Shown: positions 29,684 through 39,716 of the stretch, one piece after another
How positions within the stretch are numbered: position 1 is the stretch's first letter
How the letters are laid out: every line of letters begins with the position of its first letter
The notes under the pieces: generated by a model
The model's database searches: none
What the model was told of the DNA's origin: nothing
The model's input: the letters and a program-made list of their open reading frames with translations, nothing else
Source: Minisyncoccota bacterium
GTDB lineage: Bacteria; Patescibacteriota; Minisyncoccia; Phycocordibacterales; UBA9973
DNA length: 64,000 nt
Assembly (NCBI GenBank): GCA_041675085.1
Contig: JBAYUN010000001.1
Span: 87,347-151,346 of the forward strand
Direction of reading: 5' to 3'
Position numbers and translations under genes: made by a program

Positions 29684-30388
29684 TTATTTTATTGTTATGC
29701 TTTTGATAATAACAGGTTCTAAGGGTTTATCACTAGGATCTGTAGGAGTCTTGTTTATATCGTAAACCACTTCCATACCTGAGGTAACTTTACCGAAAAC
29801 TGTATGCTTTGGGTCTAGGAAATTATTGGCAGCTACGTTGATAAAGAATTGACTGCCGTTTGTATTCGGGCCTGCATTTGCCATAGATAGAGTTCCTACA
29901 TCATTCTTGTTTGAAGCGGTGATCTCATCTTCAAATTTATATCCCGGACCGCCAGTACCCCAAGAAGATTTTAAACTATCATCTTTAGATAAAGGGTCTC
30001 CAGCTTGGTTCATAAAGCCTTCTATAACACGGTGAAACTTTGTATCATTATAAAATCCTTGTTGCGCTAATTTTACGAAATTAGCTACTGTTTTTGGAGT
30101 TAAGTCTCCAAAAAGCTCTACTGTAAATGTGCCCTTAGTTGTATTGAATGTTGCTTGCATAGTTTTTTTGTTGTTATTATTAATTTTAATTTCTTCTTGA
30201 TTTTTAATTACTTCTTCTTGATTTGGATTTGTTGTGATTTCATTTTCTTGTGTTTCTGTTTGAATTTCTTGATCTATCACCTTCTCGCTATTTGATAAAT
30301 CTACAGTAGCGACTTTATTTTGAATATAGAAATAAATACCCAAACCCAAAAGACAAATTACAGAAATTACTATTATGATATTCTTCAT
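29684..30388 (-). CDS. Cyclophilin-type peptidyl-prolyl cis-trans isomerase, membrane/secreted
   Basis: FHRVIEGFMNQAGDP, GTLSMANAGPNTNGSQFFI cyclophilin signatures; N-terminal TM. Confidence 0.8.
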   Translation of the reverse strand: MKNIIIVISVICLLGLGIYFYIQNKVATVDLSNSEKVIDQEIQTETQENEITTNPNQEEVIKNQEEIKINNNNKKTMQATFNTTKGTFTVELFGDLTPKTVANFVKLAQQGFYNDTKFHRVIEGFMNQAGDPLSKDDSLKSSWGTGGPGYKFEDEITASNKNDVGTLSMANAGPNTNGSQFFINVAANNFLDPKHTVFGKVTSGMEVVYDINKTPTDPSDKPLEPVIIKSITIK

Positions 30389-30441
30389 CCCGTTAAATAT
30401 TTTTGATTAACTTATAATATAAACACACGTTTCAATTTAAT

Positions 30442-30753
30442 TTATACTTTATTTTCTGAATCATGACTCTCTTCTTTGTTGTGATGTTTCTCTGATTCGT
30501 GACTTGCTTCTTTCTTGTTATCTTCTGCTTGTTTCATTTGAGCTTTGATAACTTCTGGATGCTTTGGCACTATTAGACCCATGAAGAAATAAGCGATAAT
30601 TCCAGGAAAAGCAGCAGTAAACACAGAAAAAATAATATACAAAGCACGTAGAATAGTCGGATCTACGTCAAAGTATTCTCCAAATCCGCCCATAATACCT
30701 AGGACAATTTTATTATCTTCACTTCTATATAATCTTTTATTGTATGTTTTCAT
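30442..30753 (-). CDS. PspC-domain membrane protein
   Basis: RSEDNKIVLGIMGGFGEYFDVDPTILRALYII PspC-domain pattern followed by a TM. Confidence 0.55.
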   Translation of the reverse strand: MKTYNKRLYRSEDNKIVLGIMGGFGEYFDVDPTILRALYIIFSVFTAAFPGIIAYFFMGLIVPKHPEVIKAQMKQAEDNKKEASHESEKHHNKEESHDSENKV

Positions 30754-30790
30754 GCTCTAATTATAGCATTTTTGGCAAGAAAAATATATC

Positions 30791-31552
30791 TTATGATTTT
30801 GGTAGCATTGGTATAAAACGACTGGTTCTTTTCTTGTAGTCTTCAAAGTCCGGATTGCCTTCGTATTTCTTTTCTAGCATAGGTACACCAGAGACAAATA
30901 GTATCAAATAAGTGATAACCAAAGGTCCTAAAATAGTAAATGCACCATACGGCAAGAATAAAGCTATCAAGAAAATTCCCCACCACATAGTCACCTCGCC
31001 AAAGTAATTTGGATGACGACTATAGGCCCATAAACCAGACTGCATTATCTTGCCTTTGTTTTCAGGTTGAGAGATAAAATTCTTCAACTGCCAATCCGCG
31101 ACGCTCTCAAAAATAAAACCAAATATCCAAACAAAAATACCTAAAGTATAAAATATATTAAAATTACTTGGCGCGTTTTCATTAATAAATATTACCGGAT
31201 AAACGATTAAGAATATTAAAAACCCTTGAAATAAGAAAACTTGAAAGAAACTCCTCAAGTAAAAATATTTCCATTCTTTTCTCCAAACTAAGTATCTCGA
31301 GTCTTCACCTTTATTTCTATTGCGCAGATAAATATGAGTAGAGAGTCTTAGTCCCCAAATAGTTACAAAGATATTTACAATTAAAGCTATCAAAGAATAA
31401 CCAGAGAAATAAAATGCTAGCCAAGCCATTAACACAAAACCAAGTCCCCAAGCAATATCGGCGACATCATTTCTTTTCTTTAAAACAGAAATGAAATACC
31501 AAAAAATCATATAAAAATACAAGATAACACCTAAGAATAGATATATACTCAT
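30791..31552 (-). CDS. DUF1295 / ICMT-steroid-reductase-like membrane methyltransferase family
   Basis: [20 protein letters not shown] motif, polytopic. Confidence 0.55.
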   Translation of the reverse strand: MSIYLFLGVILYFYMIFWYFISVLKKRNDVADIAWGLGFVLMAWLAFYFSGYSLIALIVNIFVTIWGLRLSTHIYLRNRNKGEDSRYLVWRKEWKYFYLRSFFQVFLFQGFLIFLIVYPVIFINENAPSNFNIFYTLGIFVWIFGFIFESVADWQLKNFISQPENKGKIMQSGLWAYSRHPNYFGEVTMWWGIFLIALFLPYGAFTILGPLVITYLILFVSGVPMLEKKYEGNPDFEDYKKRTSRFIPMLPKS

Positions 31553-31947
31553 AAGCCTATTTTAGTAGCTATTAAATAAGTGACAACAGATACAGAGCTA
31601 GCTAGCACCGCTCCCCATACAAGGTCGACGACGGTTACCAATAAAGGCCAGTCTTTCATAGTAGCGAGATTTGTCAGGTCGTAGGTCGCATAAGTAATCA
31701 GACCAAACAAAGCTCCAAATACTAGAGCATGAGTTGGAGAATTCTTGCTAAGAGCTGGCTCTATCACGAAGAGTATAAGCCCGAAGACAAACAAACAATA
31801 AAATAAAATAGCAGCTCCCCAATTTACATCAGGCTTAAGTAAGTGTCCTATCTGATCGCGATAAAAATTCTTGGCGACGAGTCCCAACCAAATCATATCA
31901 ATAATAAAAAATACAGGTAAAGCAATAGCGTATAATTTAATAAACAT
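31549..31947 (-). CDS. Small 4-TM membrane protein (DUF2177-like), overlaps previous gene by 4 nt
   Basis: 132 aa, four TM helices, operon with DUF1295 gene. Confidence 0.4.
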   Translation of the reverse strand: MFIKLYAIALPVFFIIDMIWLGLVAKNFYRDQIGHLLKPDVNWGAAILFYCLFVFGLILFVIEPALSKNSPTHALVFGALFGLITYATYDLTNLATMKDWPLLVTVVDLVWGAVLASSVSVVTYLIATKIGL

Positions 31948-31979
31948 AATTATATTATATCTTGTTAATTACAATAACA

Positions 31980-32663
31980 CTACTTAATCTCTTTCAATAC
32001 AGCGTCCAAAATATTTTCTTCTATGAGTTTTGCATAGCCGTCTTTATTTGGATGAATACGATCTTGGAGCATTAGGTCACCATTTAGAAATACACTAGCT
32101 ACCAAAAAAGGAACCAAAGGTAAATCATATTTTTTTGATAAATCTTCATACACAGCGTCAAATTCATTTTTGTATTTAAATCCTGCATTTAATGGTGATT
32201 GCATTTCAAGCATTAATATCTTTGGTTTATTCTCGCCACTTTGCAATATCTGTATTGTACTTTCCATATTACTTTTCATTTCAGATACAGGTAAAGCGCG
32301 CAAGGCGTCGTTGCCTCCAATGCCCCATATAATCATATTTGGTTTTTGATCTCGTATAAAAGCTGCTCGTTCATTATTGCCTTTTGTGGTCTCTCCGCTT
32401 ACTCCAGCATTCACAACTCTCACATCTAATCCTTCGGCTTTTAATCTCTCTTCTAGCTGAGCTGGATAGCTCTCATAAAGAGGCAGACCGTAACCTGCAG
32501 TCAAACTATCTCCAAATGCTACTATGGTATATTTTGAGCCGTCTGTGTTCGTAGCTAGTTCTATATTTTTTGTCTTATCATCACGTAAAAAGAAATACCA
32601 AGCCAGAGCCAAGATTAGAAATACACTTATTAAAATGATTAAAATAATTTTAATGTTCTTCAT
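31980..32663 (-). CDS. SGNH/GDSL hydrolase (TesA-like arylesterase/lysophospholipase)
   Basis: FGDSLTAGYG (block I Ser), GGNDALR (block III), DRIHPNKDGY (block V Asp/His). Confidence 0.75.
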   Translation of the reverse strand: MKNIKIILIILISVFLILALAWYFFLRDDKTKNIELATNTDGSKYTIVAFGDSLTAGYGLPLYESYPAQLEERLKAEGLDVRVVNAGVSGETTKGNNERAAFIRDQKPNMIIWGIGGNDALRALPVSEMKSNMESTIQILQSGENKPKILMLEMQSPLNAGFKYKNEFDAVYEDLSKKYDLPLVPFLVASVFLNGDLMLQDRIHPNKDGYAKLIEENILDAVLKEIK

Positions 32664-35136
32664 AAGATAATAATTCGCGTAATGGTTTTTTTTCAGAACG
32701 CCAAAGCACGGTCGCTAAAATAAATACAAATAATATTATAACACCCAAAGCCAAAATAAGCTCGATATCAAAAAATACAATAGTTTTAATTTTAAAATAA
32801 TATTTTGTAATAAATAAAGCAGATAACACAGCACTAAAATATCCCAAGACACCACTAAATAAAGTAGTCGAAATAGTCTCAAGGTAATATAATCTCTCAA
32901 TAAAAGTCTTCTTTGCTCCGAGGGACATTAACTGCGCACTTTGCTTCCTCCTTCCAGCAAAAGAAGAAAATATCAAAGTCACTATCAAGAATAAAGCCAA
33001 GACTAAAGGAGGTAAAGATATAACGAATATAATGATAAGCAATCCACCTATCAAAGATTCAGCGAAAGTACGTATCTCTTCAGTATCTATAATAGAAATA
33101 TTTGGGAAATTCTTTGCTAAGAAATTGGTGAATTCATTTTTCTCTTTATCGTCTAAATATGTATAACCGAAAAATGTCGCTGGATATTTCTCAAGATCAA
33201 TAGTATTGAAAACAAAATAGAAAAACGGCAGACCACTCCTCGAATCAGATTCGCGAATACTGGTCACTGTACTTTCTATCTCAAAACCTGAGACAGACAA
33301 GACTACAACAGATCCGACGTCAATATTAGCCCTGTCTGCAAACTCTTTCTCGACAGATACTTCATTGGTCTTATTAGATAACCAAGACCCTTTGACTATC
33401 GTCTCATTTGGTAATAACTCCTGACGATAGGTCAGATTGTACTCTCTACCGAATTCCCTACTCACTGATCCATCAGAGAGAGCTATACCTCTTTGAATAT
33501 CAAGGTCATCTATCGATATAATCCTCGCGCCAACATTTGGGAAAAGAGTCACATCAGTGAAATTCTCTCTAATATTTTCAGTTTGTGATTTTTGAATATC
33601 TATCACATACACAGACGGCAGTCTCTCACCTAGATCACGTTCGATAAAATTCCCGATAGTGGATTGCAAAAGTATCAAAAGAGATAATGAGAAAAGTGCT
33701 ACATACAAAGAAGTCAGAGATACAATACCAAAAAGTCCGTCTTTGTATTTAGAAGATATTAGAGTTCGATTTAGGAAATTAAATTTATTTCTCTTTTTAT
33801 AAAGGAATAAAATTAAATAATAAAATACTACAGCTAAAATAAGATATATCAGAATAATAGCTAGAATACTAAGTAGTCCATACCAAAAACTTTCAAGCAA
33901 AAATATCGCAATAATGACCAAAGGTATCAAAGCCGACAATGTTACGATTATAAAATTTACAAATAAATTCTTTTCTTTGGTTTCTTCGCCTCCTGATAGT
34001 AAAATCTTTGGATTTAATTTCATCAAAGTTCTCATACTCGGCACAAAAGAAGAAAATGAAATACTAAAAACTACAAGCAAAGTAAATAAGACAGGTATCA
34101 ATAGATTTACGAAAGGCAAAACTAAACCAAAATTGAGAGAGATATAATCCAAGATAAAATTAAATAATAAAATAGACAAACCTCCACCAAATAAAATAGA
34201 CAATACTAAAATATAAAATAAAGAAAAAGATAAAGTAACAGCCAATTGTTTTTTGTTGAAACCTATCGCTATCAATACAGCGAAACTCTTACGCATAATA
34301 CTTAGAAGGTACAACATTCCTGCATAAATATTCACCGCAGATAAAATACAAGACAAGAGTACAGCCAATACTAAAAATTGCTCAACAAGAGACAAACCTT
34401 CGACAAAACCAGACTGAGTAACGCCAGCGATATCTATCTGCACACCGAGATCTTTAGCTCGAGCTATCACGTCATTTAAAGCTGACCTATTTGCGTCTTC
34501 TATCAAAAAGACATAAGTATATTCAGATCTCAAGAGAGATTTATCGATATTCACACTCTCAAAACCAGCCTTGCTCAACAAGACTTTCGGTAAAAAATTA
34601 AAACCAGAAAGAAGAGATTTGCTATCTTTTTCTATAATACCCTTCACAACGAAAGGCATATTCGCATAGATTATCTCTTCGCCCACTTCTACGTCTAGTT
34701 TTATTTTAGCGTTATTGTCTATGTAGATTTCATTATTTTTTGGGGTCTCATATGCCTCACCTACGATAGATAGTCCGCCATACACAGGATAAGATTCATC
34801 AACAACAGTGATAGATACTGGAGTATTTAATTCCCCTTTAGTCAAAATTCCTGAGAAATCATATTGACTAGAAAATTTTAAAATTTGAATATCATCTCCT
34901 AGAACTGTATCTAGATTCTCAGTTGTTAGTTCATAATTTGATTCGATAGCGATATCACCTCCGACCAATTCTTTATTCTTATCTTCCAAGAACTGCGAGC
35001 TCGAAGTTGTAAAAAGCAAAACCACGAAAACAATAAGCGTAGTAAAAGTCAAAGATAAAAAAGGTAATACAAATTTTCTCCATTCACGAAAGAGTATACG
35101 AAAACTGTATTTAAATATTGTTTTTAAATTAAACAC
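32650..35136 (-). CDS. FtsX-family ABC permease with two 4-TM FtsX repeats (YbbP-like)
   Basis: 828 aa; two large extracytoplasmic loops each followed by an FtsX-like TM bundle. Confidence 0.65.
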   Translation of the reverse strand: MFNLKTIFKYSFRILFREWRKFVLPFLSLTFTTLIVFVVLLFTTSSSQFLEDKNKELVGGDIAIESNYELTTENLDTVLGDDIQILKFSSQYDFSGILTKGELNTPVSITVVDESYPVYGGLSIVGEAYETPKNNEIYIDNNAKIKLDVEVGEEIIYANMPFVVKGIIEKDSKSLLSGFNFLPKVLLSKAGFESVNIDKSLLRSEYTYVFLIEDANRSALNDVIARAKDLGVQIDIAGVTQSGFVEGLSLVEQFLVLAVLLSCILSAVNIYAGMLYLLSIMRKSFAVLIAIGFNKKQLAVTLSFSLFYILVLSILFGGGLSILLFNFILDYISLNFGLVLPFVNLLIPVLFTLLVVFSISFSSFVPSMRTLMKLNPKILLSGGEETKEKNLFVNFIIVTLSALIPLVIIAIFLLESFWYGLLSILAIILIYLILAVVFYYLILFLYKKRNKFNFLNRTLISSKYKDGLFGIVSLTSLYVALFSLSLLILLQSTIGNFIERDLGERLPSVYVIDIQKSQTENIRENFTDVTLFPNVGARIISIDDLDIQRGIALSDGSVSREFGREYNLTYRQELLPNETIVKGSWLSNKTNEVSVEKEFADRANIDVGSVVVLSVSGFEIESTVTSIRESDSRSGLPFFYFVFNTIDLEKYPATFFGYTYLDDKEKNEFTNFLAKNFPNISIIDTEEIRTFAESLIGGLLIIIFVISLPPLVLALFLIVTLIFSSFAGRRKQSAQLMSLGAKKTFIERLYYLETISTTLFSGVLGYFSAVLSALFITKYYFKIKTIVFFDIELILALGVIILFVFILATVLWRSEKKPLRELLSYEEH

Positions 35137-35845
35137 TTTTTATTTCATGTAAATTCTTGTCTTTTAATTCTAGAATTCTATCCATCTTCTCAGCTATCTT
35201 CATATCGTGAGTAATGATTATCAAGGTCTTAGCCCGCTTGTCGACTTCTCGTAGAAGCAGATTCAATATCATGTCTCCAGTCTTTCTATCCAAGCTACCT
35301 GTCGGTTCATCGGCAAGGATAATATCTGCATTCGAAGCGAGCGCGCGCGCGATAGCTACTCTTTGTCTTTCTCCTCCAGAGAGAGTACTCGGAAAAGCAT
35401 TTTTTCTTTCACTCAAACCTACTTCTTCCAATAAATGTGCTGTGATTGTATTTATTTCTTTATTCGATATTCCGCCTCGGATATCGAGAGGAGCACCGAT
35501 ATTTTCAATAGCATTAAAAGGACTAATCAATTCAAAAGATTGAAAAATAATCGATATCATATTGTTGCGATATTTTGATAGCTCAGTCTCAGACAGAGAG
35601 TTCAATAAGACATCTTTTACATATATTTCTCCGCTCGTGGATTTATCCAAGCCTGCCAATAAAGACAAGAAAGTGGACTTACCGCTACCCGAAGACCCAA
35701 CGATAGCTATTTTCTCCCCTTCTTTTATCTCAAGATTAGTATTCTCAAATATTACCAAAGGTTCATTAGCGTCATTGAATTCTTTCTTTAAGTTCTGTAT
35801 TTTTATAATTGTGTTTTTATTCATATAGTTATTACATTTTAGCAT
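35129..35845 (-). CDS. ABC transporter ATP-binding protein (LolD/MacB/YbbA type)
   Basis: GSSGSGKSTFLSLLAGL Walker A, LSGGERQRVAIARAL signature, ILADEPTGSLD Walker B. Confidence 0.8.
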   Translation of the reverse strand: MLKCNNYMNKNTIIKIQNLKKEFNDANEPLVIFENTNLEIKEGEKIAIVGSSGSGKSTFLSLLAGLDKSTSGEIYVKDVLLNSLSETELSKYRNNMISIIFQSFELISPFNAIENIGAPLDIRGGISNKEINTITAHLLEEVGLSERKNAFPSTLSGGERQRVAIARALASNADIILADEPTGSLDRKTGDMILNLLLREVDKRAKTLIIITHDMKIAEKMDRILELKDKNLHEIKSV

Positions 35846-35864
35846 TTTTTCGAGTTTTAAACAA

Positions 35865-35896
35865 AAAAAGCCTTCTCTTTATGAGTCGGCTTTTAA
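35865..35896 (-). terminator. Intrinsic terminator after the 35914-36360 gene
   Basis: AAAAGCC/GGCTTTT stem followed by T-run on the minus strand. Confidence 0.45.
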
Positions 35897-35913
35897 ATAG
35901 ATTTTTATAATTG

Positions 35914-36360
35914 TTAAGTTTGAGTTCTTTCTTTGTACAAAGATTCAAATTCATTAACTATATTAATTAGTAATAATAAATTTTCATGACTATATCCTCG
36001 TCCAAGAATTATATTCTGAACAATTTTTAACCATGCTACACTCTGAAGATCATTATTGTTTTTAATTTCAATAATTCTTGACCATACATCTATAGACGAT
36101 ACATTATTTTCACCGATTACTAATCTTTTTACCCCACCCTCAGAAAGTTCTTCAAGTAAAACAGAAATTGAATGCTCCTTGGAATTTTTCTTAAAACCAG
36201 GAATTTCAATAATTATTTTGTTTAAAATACCTGAAACAGAATCAGAACATTCAGTATCTAATACACCATATTTATCTTTTAAATATGCGTAAAATTCCTG
36301 TGCATAATTTAATGTTTGTGTTTTCATTATAAAAATTTGTTTGATTATCAAAAAAGACAA
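35914..36360 (-). CDS. Hypothetical protein (148 aa)
   Basis: Clean ORF, no motif recognised. Confidence 0.4.
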   Translation of the reverse strand: MSFLIIKQIFIMKTQTLNYAQEFYAYLKDKYGVLDTECSDSVSGILNKIIIEIPGFKKNSKEHSISVLLEELSEGGVKRLVIGENNVSSIDVWSRIIEIKNNNDLQSVAWLKIVQNIILGRGYSHENLLLLINIVNEFESLYKERTQT

Positions 36361-36455
36361 AAATTATCTGCTTTAAAAATCAAACAAATACAATGTAAAA
36401 GAACCTAAATATTATTTAGACAATATCATCAATTTAGAATTTTGTCAAAAATTAT

Positions 36456-37817
36456 TTAAATACTCTCCGGCACATCAAATATAGTTTTCTCTAATTTTTC
36501 TTTCAAAAATATTTCACTAATTCTCTTGCCTCCATACACAGACGGCAATATTCCTACCCCATTACAACCTAGATTATACAATAAGGTTTTATTCTTTGGT
36601 TCGGGTCCGATGAGTCGAATACCGTTTCTCGTATAGCCCATAAGTCCGTGCCATGTATACACATAATCTATTTCTTTATTTGGTTCTTTGTCATACACAG
36701 ACCTGACAAAATCATCAATAGTTTTCACCATCTCGTCAGGAAATTCATTTTTCCTAGAATACAATCTCCCGTCTTCAATATCTATCTCAGGTCCACCGAT
36801 AGAAATCAAATTATAATTTTTATCCATTTCATAATTCCTACGAGTGAGATAAAAATACGGATCATCTGTAGTCGCGTCTGGATTAGTAAAATAACTAATA
36901 GCGATAGGATTCTTGTCCATAGGCTCTAAGTATCCAGACATATAACCAATAGTCCCTTTGACTAGGTGATGGAATTTTGTATCAATATCAAGGCCTCCTT
37001 CATTTAAAATATGAAATCCTTCAAAGCCATTGGTGCACAAGATTATATTTTTTGCCTCGACGGTATGAGTCTCAGCGTCCAGTATCGCATAGTCATCTTT
37101 TAATACAACTTTATTAATTAAAGTTTTCTCATAAAGATGAAATCTATCTCCATATTTTTCAATTAGATAGAGCAATACTTCCTCGCAGAACAAAGCGCTA
37201 TTCACACAACCTTTTTGATACGACAATACAGCTACAAAACTCTCATCCTGAGTCTCTAGTAATTCTAAGATATTTTTATGAACTGCTAGAGTATATAAAT
37301 CTTGATATTCATGAGGTATTTCGTTAATAAAATCCGCCTCTGACGATATTAGGATTCTCTCAATATCTAATCCTCCTCTTTTTCTAAAGAAATTATTCTT
37401 AAGATGCAACAAGACTTGATCAAAACTCGAAAGTCCAGCGTGACCTAAAAATCTAGAGAAATTAATATCGAGTCGTGCATCGGTATACATCTCGTCGAGC
37501 AGATTCCAGGCATCTTCAATATCTCTCTGACCCCGACTTGCGAGTTCGAGTCCAAAACTATCTACAAGGCTCGCAAATCCCCTCTCAAAATAACTCACGA
37601 CTTGTCCGGCATTATGACCCGTCGAACCATGAGCTAATTTATTTTTTTCTAAAACGACCACATTTTTATCAGTATATTTCAACAAGAAAAAAGCCGTCGA
37701 AATACCAGCGATACCTGCGCCCATGATTGCTATATCTGTTTTGATATCTTGATCTAATTTAAAATGAACTCTATCTTTGCGTAATTGAGTTAGCCAGGGT
37801 GATTTATTTTCTTTCAT
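36456..37817 (-). CDS. FAD-dependent oxidoreductase (DAO family)
   Basis: DIAIMGAGIAGISTAFFL Rossmann motif. Confidence 0.65.
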   Translation of the reverse strand: MKENKSPWLTQLRKDRVHFKLDQDIKTDIAIMGAGIAGISTAFFLLKYTDKNVVVLEKNKLAHGSTGHNAGQVVSYFERGFASLVDSFGLELASRGQRDIEDAWNLLDEMYTDARLDINFSRFLGHAGLSSFDQVLLHLKNNFFRKRGGLDIERILISSEADFINEIPHEYQDLYTLAVHKNILELLETQDESFVAVLSYQKGCVNSALFCEEVLLYLIEKYGDRFHLYEKTLINKVVLKDDYAILDAETHTVEAKNIILCTNGFEGFHILNEGGLDIDTKFHHLVKGTIGYMSGYLEPMDKNPIAISYFTNPDATTDDPYFYLTRRNYEMDKNYNLISIGGPEIDIEDGRLYSRKNEFPDEMVKTIDDFVRSVYDKEPNKEIDYVYTWHGLMGYTRNGIRLIGPEPKNKTLLYNLGCNGVGILPSVYGGKRISEIFLKEKLEKTIFDVPESI

Positions 37818-37957
37818 CCCGTTAAATATTTTTGATTAATTTATAATTTTTATACATGTTATAATTCTTTAATTAAACTAATTTATTTATACCCGATATT
37901 TAAAATGTTTAACGGGATTCATACCCATATTATAACTGAAAAAGAGAGATATTAAAA

Positions 37958-38683
37958 TTACTCTACTTTATCGAGAAGTCTTTGCTCAACTAGAGTGATA
38001 TCAAAGTACCCACTATCTAAAATAAGAGTTTGCAATTTTTTCTCATAACCAGTAACAATAAGAATTCCTAAGACTACAAAAATCACTCCGAGAATTTTTT
38101 TAAATTTTCCTTTTCCGTCAGAAAGTACTCCTAAACGATTTGAGAACTTTTGACCAAGCAAGGCTATTAATAATAAAACAATAGAGAGACCTAAGACGTA
38201 TGCAAAGATATATGTAGCTCCTAAGACAAATGATACCGGCAGGACTGTCGCTAGTATTACGAAATACGTCGGTGAACAAGTCGAGAATATTGGACCCAAA
38301 GCAAAACCTATCAATACATCGCCCCAGAAACTTTTCTGCTTATAACCAGTACCCAATAATTTATTGGCACCGATAGAGACTTTTGATAATCCTGGGGTGC
38401 TTTCCCAAACGCTAGGGAAAACCAAAGTTATACCAAATAGTATCAAAATCCCTCCAGATATATATGTCCAAAACTCGGGTGCAATAGAAACACACATAGC
38501 CGAAGCTTTTAAAATAAAAGTAAAGATGATGATAGATAGGGCCAAAGATCCTACTACGATATACGGAGTGTATTTACTACGTCCTGTAGCTGATGAGCCC
38601 AATATCACAGGCAATAAAGGTAATATACACGGCGCGAGCACGGTCAGTGAGCCTGCGATAAAAGATACTAAAAGTAAAGTCAT
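37958..38683 (-). CDS. ccdA: Cytochrome c-type biogenesis/disulfide-transfer membrane protein CcdA/DsbD-core family
   Basis: AGSLTVLAPCILPLLPVIL first-helix Cys motif; 6 TM helices. Confidence 0.7.
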   Translation of the reverse strand: MTLLLVSFIAGSLTVLAPCILPLLPVILGSSATGRSKYTPYIVVGSLALSIIIFTFILKASAMCVSIAPEFWTYISGGILILFGITLVFPSVWESTPGLSKVSIGANKLLGTGYKQKSFWGDVLIGFALGPIFSTCSPTYFVILATVLPVSFVLGATYIFAYVLGLSIVLLLIALLGQKFSNRLGVLSDGKGKFKKILGVIFVVLGILIVTGYEKKLQTLILDSGYFDITLVEQRLLDKVE

Positions 38684-39246
38684 TATTTAATTTCTGCGAT
38701 CAAACTATTAAGACTCCTAGAACCTTGCCATTTTTTAATCATATTTCCCTTTGAGTCAACTTGAACTAAAGTATGTTGATACGTGACGCCGTATTTAGCT
38801 TTTAAATCTCTAGAGTCGTCGTAATCTACGTCGAGGATAGTCACTCCCAGAGGAATATTTGCGATATTAGCTTTTAAATCTTTATCAAGAACGCGACAAG
38901 TAGGACACCAAGAAGCTCTAAAGAAAAGCACAACGTCGCCATTCTCAGCATCAGCAAGAAGAGCAGGATCATAGGCTACATAAGAACCAGCTTTTGGAGC
39001 TACTAAGGTAGTAGTATTTTCTATTTTTGTAGCTACGGTGTTATTTGTAGTAGTACTAGTATTTGTATCGACTACAGCAAGCTCAGTTTCTTCTTGATTT
39101 ATATTTGTATTTGTATTTTGTTCAGTTTGTGGATTTTGGACTTCTGGCAATACTGCTTCTTCTGTTTTAAATTCAAGGCTATATATCCTATATCCCACTA
39201 AAATCACAATCAACACAGAGAACACGATCATCATATCTTTACTCAT
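38683..39246 (-). CDS. Membrane-anchored thioredoxin-like thiol:disulfide oxidoreductase (TlpA/ResA-like)
   Basis: WCPTC active site; N-terminal TM; 1-nt overlap with ccdA. Confidence 0.65.
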   Translation of the reverse strand: MSKDMMIVFSVLIVILVGYRIYSLEFKTEEAVLPEVQNPQTEQNTNTNINQEETELAVVDTNTSTTTNNTVATKIENTTTLVAPKAGSYVAYDPALLADAENGDVVLFFRASWCPTCRVLDKDLKANIANIPLGVTILDVDYDDSRDLKAKYGVTYQHTLVQVDSKGNMIKKWQGSRSLNSLIAEIK

Positions 39247-39275
39247 ATTATTTTATATAAAGTTAATTTTAATAA

Positions 39276-39632
39276 TTATAATTTTTTGAAATTGATATAA
39301 GAAATAATTGTGACTACTAGTACTCCCACAGCAAAACCATATTGAGAAATATCATCTCCTACAAACAAATGAGAAGCTATAGCTCCAACTAAATCTATAA
39401 AAAATCCAGCATAAGCCCATTCACGAAGATTTGGGAATTTATTTTGCCACAGAGCAATAACTCCTAAAAACTTTGCTGTACCTAAGATATACAACATATA
39501 CAGAGGGTAGCCCAAATGTACAAATTGATCTACGGCTACCTGACTAAAACTCAATTCTCCAAAAGCGCCCGCGAGCATTACAGCTGACAAAAGTCCAGTA
39601 AAAATATAATAAACAATTTTTGTGTTTTTCAT
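39276..39632 (-). CDS. DoxX-family membrane protein
   Basis: 118 aa, 4 TM, DoxX-like. Confidence 0.5.
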   Translation of the reverse strand: MKNTKIVYYIFTGLLSAVMLAGAFGELSFSQVAVDQFVHLGYPLYMLYILGTAKFLGVIALWQNKFPNLREWAYAGFFIDLVGAIASHLFVGDDISQYGFAVGVLVVTIISYINFKKL

Positions 39633-39716
39633 AATTTTATTATATCAATAAGCTTTTTAAAAAGGAAATAACAAAACTACCTTATATTATAAGTGCATTT
39701 AGGATAATTATGGATA

